From the sequence record NC_055708.1: a stretch of DNA of 64,000 nt, one strand, 5' to 3'. The notes beneath the pieces were generated by a model. The model ran no database searches. It saw only the letters and a program-made list of their open reading frames with translations, and was not told the DNA's origin. The DNA is from Enterobacteria phage ATK47. The translations under genes and the position numbers were made by a program. Below, one piece after another: positions 58,044 through 64,000 of the stretch. Positions within the stretch are counted from its first letter, which is position 1; each line of letters starts with the position of its first letter.

Positions 58044-58361
58044 ATGAAAACCATCGATTGTAAAGCAGAATTTAAGATTTTTTATCACGGTTCAAGTAGT
58101 TCAGCTAACATCGAAAACATGCTTTGTCCTCCTGAAGAAACAGGAGTTCTGTCTGAAACTGGACGTAAGAAAAACTTGAATCGTGTATTCTTTACTGAAG
58201 ATATCGGTTTAGCAAAGATTTATGCAGGACGAGCAGCACGCTCTTATGGAGGTGAACCACGTCTCTATCGAGTAATTTCTCCGGTAGACGTAGTTCAAAT
58301 GAATAATACTAAAGGTGCTACAGTTTATCACGCTGAATGGGCATTTTGCGAGGAAATATGA
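58044..58361 (+). CDS. hypothetical protein with YHGSS motif (possible NAD-binding/ADP-ribosyltransferase-like fold)
   Basis: motif-level resemblance only. Confidence 0.4.
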   Translation: MKTIDCKAEFKIFYHGSSSSANIENMLCPPEETGVLSETGRKKNLNRVFFTEDIGLAKIYAGRAARSYGGEPRLYRVISPVDVVQMNNTKGATVYHAEWAFCEEI

Positions 58362-58546
58362 GCAAATTAACTAAAGTTACTTTTATCGGTTGGTTTAAAA
58401 GCGGCGAGATGTTCACTAAAGATATCATGCTATCAGGTGATCGCGAAGAAATCGAGTGGGTTACGGTACAACTTGCTGAAGTGAACAATGCATTAGTTAA
58501 AGCATTTATTAATGACGAGAAAGTTTTCGAAGCAGATTTTCGATAA
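58358..58546 (+). CDS. dmd: Dmd-like antitoxin (discriminator of mRNA degradation)
   Basis: VTFIGWFKSGEMFTKDIM...AEVNNALVKAFINDEKVFEADFR resembles remembered T4 Dmd; located next to gene 41. Confidence 0.65.
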   Translation: MSKLTKVTFIGWFKSGEMFTKDIMLSGDREEIEWVTVQLAEVNNALVKAFINDEKVFEADFR

Positions 58547-58559
58547 TTTTAAAATAACT

Positions 58560-58600
58560 GTTTACAAGCACCACATACTGTGTTACTATCTTTCTATCAA
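58560..58600 (+). promoter_or_regulatory. early promoter
   Basis: GTTTACA, TGTTACTAT. Confidence 0.45.
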
Positions 58601-58617
58601 CTACAGAGGAAATTGAA

Positions 58618-58986
58618 ATGAAAAAATTAATCGCTTTAGCAATGGTATTTGGATTAACCGGATGTGGTGCCCATGGCTTTATCCCTAATAACGTCGGCCA
58701 ATTGATTTACAATCCGAATGTTAAACAGTACGACCAACCTAAAGTTGAAGTGGAAGACCCGGTTACTGTAGGTAATCGAATGATTCAAGCTGATGCCCAT
58801 GCTCAACGTTATCGTGATTCTGATACTGTAGCATTGTCAAAAGAACAACGCGTTAAAGAACATTGCTTACAGGCTACTGAAATCGCATTCATTCGCTATG
58901 TTGAAACAACTGGTAAAGAGCCTTCCCAGAAACAAATCGCGAATAACTACGTCCAGTGTATTGAACGTTTAAACAAATTTAATTAA
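58618..58986 (+). CDS. lipoprotein (lipobox LTGC)
   Basis: signal peptide MKKLIALAMVFGLTGC. Confidence 0.5.
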   Translation: MKKLIALAMVFGLTGCGAHGFIPNNVGQLIYNPNVKQYDQPKVEVEDPVTVGNRMIQADAHAQRYRDSDTVALSKEQRVKEHCLQATEIAFIRYVETTGKEPSQKQIANNYVQCIERLNKFN

Positions 58987-58989
58987 TTG

Positions 58990-59025
58990 GTTTACACCAA
59001 AGTTAAAATAAGATACTATAAACAT
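58990..59025 (+). promoter_or_regulatory. early promoter
   Basis: GTTTACA, GATACTAT. Confidence 0.45.
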
Positions 59026-59047
59026 AACAAATCAAGAGGAAATTAAC

Positions 59048-59296
59048 ATGGAATTATTCGTAGCTAGTTCAGTAGCAGTTTTAATCGCAGGTATTGGTTC
59101 AATCATCATTTACATGTTGCCTTGGGTAATCGCACTTATTCGTGGCACAAAAAGCACAACAGCAATCTTCTTTGTATCTTTGCTCTTTAACTGGACGATG
59201 GTTGGTTGGATTGGAACTTTAATTTGGTCTATCGTTGCCGAAAAGAAATCTGCTCAGCAGCCTCAACAAGTAATTATTATTCGCGAAAAAGAATAA
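59048..59296 (+). CDS. imm: superinfection-immunity (Imm)-like membrane protein
   Basis: two TM segments; PWVIALIRGTKSTTAIFFVSLLFNWTMVGWIGTLIWS resembles the Imm family pattern. Confidence 0.5.
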   Translation: MELFVASSVAVLIAGIGSIIIYMLPWVIALIRGTKSTTAIFFVSLLFNWTMVGWIGTLIWSIVAEKKSAQQPQQVIIIREKE

Positions 59297-59300
59297 ACTT

Positions 59301-59340
59301 GTTTACATTATAGATGGACTATAGTATAGTAGTCCTATCA
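59301..59340 (+). promoter_or_regulatory. early promoter with palindrome ggacta/tagtcc
   Basis: GTTTACA, TATAGT. Confidence 0.5.
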
Positions 59341-59359
59341 AATCAACTAAGGAGTTAAA

Positions 59360-59653
59360 ATGAAAAAGTTATCATTGGCAGCAATCTTACTCGCAGTATC
59401 ATGTGCACCAGCTCCAGTTACAGCAGGTTATGATAAAGACCTCTGTGAGTGGTCAATGACTGCAAATCAAGAAGATGTTGAACATCAAATCTTCGCTGAT
59501 ATCATGAACATTACTAAACGAGACCGTCCTAATATGGTTAATAAAGTTGTTGAACAACTTAAGTCTGGCGGTATCATGCAGTACAACTATGTTTTGTATT
59601 GTGACCCTAATTTCGATAACAAAGATATCGTAACCGAAATCACAGGTGAATAA
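59360..59653 (+). CDS. sp: Spackle (periplasmic inhibitor of gp5 lysozyme, superinfection exclusion)
   Basis: 97 aa with signal peptide; GYDKDLCEWSMTA...SGGIMQYNYVLYCD matches remembered T4 Sp. Confidence 0.7.
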   Translation: MKKLSLAAILLAVSCAPAPVTAGYDKDLCEWSMTANQEDVEHQIFADIMNITKRDRPNMVNKVVEQLKSGGIMQYNYVLYCDPNFDNKDIVTEITGE

Positions 59654-59654
59654 T

Positions 59655-60305
59655 ATGATTTATTACATGCACAAAAACGCGCCATTTAAATATGGTAAAT
59701 TTCCTAATGCACAATGTTATAATATAACGCCGAATGAAAATAATAATGGATACCATATTGGTGTAATTTTTGTAATTGTTAAAGATAACGAAATCGTTGC
59801 ATGGGCAGATTTTAAAGGTACAACGTATGACGTTAATCCAGTTCCGTTCACATATTATAATTTAATGGATTTAGCATACGACTATAATTGGTTTACTCAT
59901 GATACTCTAGCACATGTTGAAGGCGTAGGATTTGACATCTCTTATTCTAGTTATTCATTATGTCCTATGAGCCGAGCTCACGGTAAAGATGTATCATATC
60001 TTTCAATTCGGAAACGTGTAAACTTTAAACGTAGTACAGAGTATGTTGGTGGACTCTTTGTTAAAGATAATAAAATAACTCGTATTAGTTATCCTTTAAG
60101 TGTAGGTCAAAAAGATGTTGATGTTGATTTAGACTTAACTGAAAGTAACATTAATCGTATTGCTTCTGTATATTTTGATATCGATGAAAAAATTGTAGTG
60201 TGTGGATACGAATTACCACCTGAAGAAAAGGCTGAAACAATTGAAGTCGAATTAGAAATTTCTGTTGATGACCAAATATTTAATGCATTTATGAATCGAG
60301 GTTAA
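59655..60305 (+). CDS. hypothetical protein
   Basis: 216 aa ORF from ATG at 59655. Confidence 0.5.
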   Translation: MIYYMHKNAPFKYGKFPNAQCYNITPNENNNGYHIGVIFVIVKDNEIVAWADFKGTTYDVNPVPFTYYNLMDLAYDYNWFTHDTLAHVEGVGFDISYSSYSLCPMSRAHGKDVSYLSIRKRVNFKRSTEYVGGLFVKDNKITRISYPLSVGQKDVDVDLDLTESNINRIASVYFDIDEKIVVCGYELPPEEKAETIEVELEISVDDQIFNAFMNRG

Positions 60306-60306
60306 A

Positions 60307-60504
60307 ATGACTACTGCAATTTGCACTGGTTCTAAAATTAGTGTTTTTACAAGTTTTGAAGATTATGAAGTTGTTTCAAAACACCAATGCCATATTAGCG
60401 TAAAAGCTAATGATGGCGTAATTTGGAATATTCCACACTATGAAGACACTACATATGAAGTCACAGATGCGAACGGTGATAAAGCGATCTTTGTGATTGA
60501 TTAA
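60307..60504 (+). CDS. hypothetical protein
   Basis: 65 aa ORF. Confidence 0.4.
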   Translation: MTTAICTGSKISVFTSFEDYEVVSKHQCHISVKANDGVIWNIPHYEDTTYEVTDANGDKAIFVID

Positions 60505-60523
60505 ATATACTCAGGAGGTACCT

Positions 60524-60991
60524 ATGGGTATTATTAACACTGCAATAGATTCAGTTTATGCATATAAGTTTATTCGACTAATGCAAAAACCTTTTACCGA
60601 ATGGAAAGCGTACGAAGCCAAAATCATCGACGAACGTGGAAGTGTTCTTAAACGTCCTTCCACTCCTGAAGAGAAAGCGGCTTATACACCTTTTCATGCT
60701 TCAGTTCGTTCAATGAAGCGAATGATGAGCACTGTTCCGGGTCTTAATGGAATGGCCTCAATGATGTCTGCCTGGAGTGCTGTAGCATCCCGCTATAACA
60801 TTACAGAAGAACAACAGAAAGAAATATTTAAAGAACTCCCTTTATTTGAGGATATGGTTGCTGGTGATTCAGGTGGCAGCCCTCAAGCTATTGCATCAGG
60901 AACAACTACAGGTGCAGTCGTAAATAAAGGTCCAGAACAAATTCCTTCCAAGAAAAGAAAGCGAATTAAAGTAAATATTAATAAGTTGTGA
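60524..60991 (+). CDS. hypothetical protein
   Basis: ORF from ATG at 60524 after SD AGGAGG. Confidence 0.45.
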   Translation: MGIINTAIDSVYAYKFIRLMQKPFTEWKAYEAKIIDERGSVLKRPSTPEEKAAYTPFHASVRSMKRMMSTVPGLNGMASMMSAWSAVASRYNITEEQQKEIFKELPLFEDMVAGDSGGSPQAIASGTTTGAVVNKGPEQIPSKKRKRIKVNINKL

Positions 60992-61030
60992 TATGATGGC
61001 CTTATTAATTTAAGGCCTCTGGAGAATACT

Positions 61031-62053
61031 ATGGCTGAATGGATAGATAATGAATTTGCTTATCGTGCGTTTTCTCACCTCCCTCGTTTTAGACAAATCA
61101 ATAATTCAAGCACATTTAAATTAACGTTTCGTTGTCCAGTTTGTGGCGACTCTCAGACAGATGCAATGAAAGCCCGCGGATGGTATTATGGTGGTACTCC
61201 AGGTAATGTGCATTGCTATAACTGTCAGTATCATAATACAATTTCCGGATACTTAAAAGAGTATGATGAAGAGCTTTATCGCGAGTATCTAATGGAAGTT
61301 CGTAAAGAAAAAGTTAGAATGGAACCAAAGATTGAAAAGGTTCCTGAACATAAACCAGAACCGGAGAAAAAGACTATAAATTCTTTGCCGTCTTGTTCTC
61401 GTCTGGACAAGCTGCCTGAAGAGCATCCTATTGTGAAATATGTTAAGTCTCGGTGTATTCCTAAAGAATCGTGGAACAGATTATGGTTCACATTAGAATG
61501 GCCTAAATTGGTCAACAAGATTCAACCTGGTACGTATAAGAAAGAGATTCCCGAGCCACGTTTAGTGATTCCTATTTTTAATAAAGATGGGAAGGCCGAG
61601 TCATTCCAAGGACGTGCACTTCGTAAAGATGCTCCTCAGAAATATATCACTATTAAAGCGTTTGAGTCTGCAACAAAAATTTATGGTGTTGAACGTGTTA
61701 AGGAAGGAGACGTCTGGGTAATGGAAGGCCCTATTGATAGTTTATTCATACCCAATGCAATCGCTATTACAGGCGGCTCAATAGATTTAGATGTGGTACC
61801 ATTTAAAGAACGTCGGGTATGGGTAATGGATAATGAACCTAGGCATCCAGATACTATAGCTCGCATGAAGCGATTAGTTGATGCAGGCGAACGTGTCATG
61901 TTCTGGGACCGAGCTCCGTGGAGTTCAAAGGATGTGAATGATATGGTAATGAAAGAAAATGCAACACCACAAGAAATTTTAGAATATATGAAACAGAATA
62001 TTTCAAGTGGGTTGCATGCTAAAATGAGATTATCTCGTTATTCGAAGATTTAA
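61031..62053 (+). CDS. 61: DNA primase gp61
   Basis: Zn ribbon CPVCGDS...CYNC; TOPRIM-like region; near-identical N-terminus to remembered T4 gp61. Confidence 0.9.
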   Translation: MAEWIDNEFAYRAFSHLPRFRQINNSSTFKLTFRCPVCGDSQTDAMKARGWYYGGTPGNVHCYNCQYHNTISGYLKEYDEELYREYLMEVRKEKVRMEPKIEKVPEHKPEPEKKTINSLPSCSRLDKLPEEHPIVKYVKSRCIPKESWNRLWFTLEWPKLVNKIQPGTYKKEIPEPRLVIPIFNKDGKAESFQGRALRKDAPQKYITIKAFESATKIYGVERVKEGDVWVMEGPIDSLFIPNAIAITGGSIDLDVVPFKERRVWVMDNEPRHPDTIARMKRLVDAGERVMFWDRAPWSSKDVNDMVMKENATPQEILEYMKQNISSGLHAKMRLSRYSKI

Positions 62054-62247
62054 ACAAGCCCTATAATAGCAAAGGCCAAATCAACTACAGTATCCAACGG
62101 AACAGAAGGAACTATAATACCATGGGCAACTAACAACGGTGCAATCCCGAAGTTCCATGAAATAATGCCACCTACAACTATTGCGGCGATAGCAGTTTTC
62201 TTTTTATTGCCTTTAATAGCGTTGATTAACGATGGAAGTTTAAACAT
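62050..62247 (-). CDS. small two-TM membrane protein on opposite strand
   Basis: minus-strand ORF with strong SD (AAGGAGAT) 7 nt before ATG; AATAAATA late-promoter-like element upstream. Confidence 0.4.
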   Translation of the reverse strand: MFKLPSLINAIKGNKKKTAIAAIVVGGIISWNFGIAPLLVAHGIIVPSVPLDTVVDLAFAIIGLV

Positions 62248-62335
62248 AATATCTCCTTGGTTACCTATTATTTATTACGCTTTATAAAATTAATGTTAGA
62301 ATTAACTCTCTTATACTGAATTGAAAGGAAAAATA

Positions 62336-62857
62336 ATGGCACACTTTAATGAATGTTCACAACTTATTTCTGGTGTTGATAAAGCAGAAGAAGCTTATTT
62401 TAATGCTCTGATTCACGAAGATAAAGACCCACTGCAGGTAATGCTTGATATGCAGAAATCTTTACAGGTTCGTCTGGCAAATGACAAGCCTGAACATAAC
62501 AAACATCCTGATGAATTGGCCACTGCTGGTGATGTTGTTGATTGGCTGCGTAATCAGAAAGATTATATTGATGATGAATTCCGTGAACTGTTGACTTCAC
62601 TTGGTGGTATGAGCAATGGTGAAAAAGCCGCCAGCAGTGTATGGAAGCCATGGAAAGCACAACATGCTGAATATCGAAATCGTCGTATCGATGAACTGTC
62701 TCCTGAAGACCAGCTTGAAATTAAATTTGAAATGATTGATATTCTGCATTTCGTTCTAAATATGTTCCAAGGTCTAGGTCTTTCGGCTGAAGAAATCTTT
62801 AAACTTTACTACTTGAAAAACCAACACAACTTTGAACGTCAGGATAATGGTTACTAA
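62336..62857 (+). CDS. 56: dCTPase/dCDPase gp56 (MazG-like)
   Basis: MAHFNECSQLI...; 173 aa; position next to 61 as in T4. Confidence 0.8.
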   Translation: MAHFNECSQLISGVDKAEEAYFNALIHEDKDPLQVMLDMQKSLQVRLANDKPEHNKHPDELATAGDVVDWLRNQKDYIDDEFRELLTSLGGMSNGEKAASSVWKPWKAQHAEYRNRRIDELSPEDQLEIKFEMIDILHFVLNMFQGLGLSAEEIFKLYYLKNQHNFERQDNGY

Positions 62858-62863
62858 TTAAGT

Positions 62864-62871
62864 TATAAATA
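62864..62871 (+). promoter_or_regulatory. late promoter TATAAATA upstream of soc
   Basis: exact T4 late promoter consensus. Confidence 0.55.
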
Positions 62872-62902
62872 CACCTGTAATTAAACAACAAAGGAGTTAA
62901 TT

Positions 62903-63139
62903 ATGGGTGGTTATGTAAACATCAAAACCTTTACGCATCCTGCTGGTGAAGGCAAAGAAGTTAAAGGTATGGAAGTTTCTGTTCCGTTTGAGATTTATTC
63001 AAACGAACATCGGATTGCAGATTCTCATTACCAAATCTTTCCATCAGAAAAGGCAGCTTATTCTGATGTCGTTTCTGATGCAGCAACTTGGAAAACTAAG
63101 AACGCTGCAATGTTTACCCCTACGCCAGTAAGTGGTTAA
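62903..63139 (+). CDS. soc: small outer capsid protein Soc
   Basis: GYVNIKTF...HYQIFPSEKAAYS matches remembered T4 Soc. Confidence 0.8.
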   Translation: MGGYVNIKTFTHPAGEGKEVKGMEVSVPFEIYSNEHRIADSHYQIFPSEKAAYSDVVSDAATWKTKNAAMFTPTPVSG

Positions 63140-63148
63140 ATAATTTAA

Positions 63149-63172
63149 GGAATCCTTCGGGATTCCTTTTTT
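63149..63172 (+). terminator. rho-independent terminator (ggaatcc ttcg ggattcc TTTTTT)
   Basis: UUCG hairpin + T6. Confidence 0.6.
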
Positions 63173-63183
63173 CGTTTCTAGAG

Positions 63184-63225
63184 TTTACATCCACTAAAAA
63201 CTATGTTAAGATATTCTTACTTACT
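63184..63225 (+). promoter_or_regulatory. early promoter
   Basis: GTTTACA, TATGTTAAGAT. Confidence 0.4.
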
Positions 63226-63240
63226 CAAGAGGAGAACAAT

Positions 63241-63468
63241 ATGTTAAATCGTTGGATTAAACCTAATAACACATTAGGTGCTTTGATTGCTCAAGAAGTT
63301 TCGTTGAAATACGGTCTTGGATATTACGATGATGTAGTCGTACACTCATTCATGATGGATGGTGAAGACGTCAAATTTAATGCCGAAATCCGCTGGGATG
63401 ATGGTGGCGTTCGTTTTGTTCGAGGAACAATTAATGCTTACGATGCTAAAGAAGTTATTTGCTGTTAA
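63241..63468 (+). CDS. hypothetical protein
   Basis: 75 aa ORF with SD AAGAGGAG. Confidence 0.4.
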   Translation: MLNRWIKPNNTLGALIAQEVSLKYGLGYYDDVVVHSFMMDGEDVKFNAEIRWDDGGVRFVRGTINAYDAKEVICC

Positions 63469-63481
63469 ACCAGGCGAAGGT

Positions 63482-63682
63482 ATGATGCCTATTCCTGATA
63501 CACACGAAAAAAGTTGGGAATATATCGGTGACGGAATGATGGAAGAAGTTGTTCGTCCAAAAACAAAACAGGTTAATGCTTCAAGCTCTTCAAGTTATAA
63601 TCATTCATACGTATCGTCTTGGCCTGGTGATTCCGGGTCAAGTTATTCTGATTGTGGTTCAAGCTCAGGGAGCTGCGAATGA
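63482..63682 (+). CDS. hypothetical protein with Ser-rich C-terminus
   Basis: ORF from ATG at 63482. Confidence 0.35.
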   Translation: MMPIPDTHEKSWEYIGDGMMEEVVRPKTKQVNASSSSSYNHSYVSSWPGDSGSSYSDCGSSSGSCE

Positions 63683-63858
63683 ACAAGATAGTTAAATGGT
63701 TTAAAAGCTGGGACGATGGTGTCGGTCCAGAAGATTGGCTGGATGTTCTTGAAGAGAATATGGCTAAAGAATTCCAGAAACATGAAGAAAAGCTCGTCGA
63801 AGATGAAGGCGAACGTATTGTAAAACTTTATATGGGTGAACCATCGAGGAAATTATAA
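63679..63858 (+). CDS. hypothetical protein
   Basis: ORF from ATG at 63679. Confidence 0.35.
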   Translation: MNKIVKWFKSWDDGVGPEDWLDVLEENMAKEFQKHEEKLVEDEGERIVKLYMGEPSRKL

Positions 63859-64000
63859 TGGATGCTATGTTATTTAAAATGTATTTGCTTGAAGCCAAGT
63901 CATTTAAACATATACCAGTAGAAGATAAGACTCCACTAGAAATAGCTATTCTCATTAACAAAAGTCTAAATAATCCGCAATATATCGTAGAAGAATTCTG
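63858..64000 (+). CDS. hypothetical protein, 3'-truncated at window edge
   Basis: open frame from ATG at 63858 to window end. Confidence 0.35.
   Translation, partial: MDAMLFKMYLLEAKSFKHIPVEDKTPLEIAILINKSLNNPQYIVEEF

Noticed and set aside
63482-63682. Ser-rich C-terminal tail as a functional repeat domain
   Set aside because: Short low-complexity stretch with no periodicity; insufficient evidence

Overview
The window is a contiguous piece of a T4-like (T-even, Tevenvirinae-type) myovirus genome. Essentially all genes sit on the + strand, in the T4 early/middle transcription direction. Gene identities come from reading the supplied ORF translations against remembered T4 proteins and family motifs; no database search was run. 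Recognisable order: 3' end of gene 1 (dNMP kinase), 57A, internal-protein-like genes, two tRNAs (CAU, UCU), many small accessory ORFs, nudE, e (lysozyme), denV, a GrcA-like glycyl-radical cofactor, regB, a macro-domain protein, tk, nrdC, 49 (endo VII), nrdD, nrdG, 55, 47, 46, 45, 44, 62, regA, 43 (DNA polymerase), uvsX, 40, 41, dmd, imm-like, sp, 61, 56, soc. The most notable feature is a ~6.5 kb island between gene 43 and uvsX (47.9-54.5 kb), where T4 carries imm/42/beta-gt. It encodes a SIS-domain sugar-phosphate isomerase, a fused anomeric sugar kinase/nucleotidyltransferase, a HAD phosphatase, a divergent thymidylate-synthase-family hydroxymethylase, a thymidylate-kinase-like P-loop kinase and two unknown proteins. 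I read this as a candidate NDP-pentose (arabinose-type) DNA hypermodification pathway; no alpha-glucosyltransferase gene is recognisable at the T4 agt position between 55 and 47. Other recurring signals: early promoters whose -10 element lies inside a palindrome (PeSL-like cassettes), a reused terminator hairpin, five internal-protein-like genes with capsid-targeting N-termini, and two families of small paralogous proteins with conserved C-terminal motifs. No CRISPR array, transposon, rRNA or intron was found.
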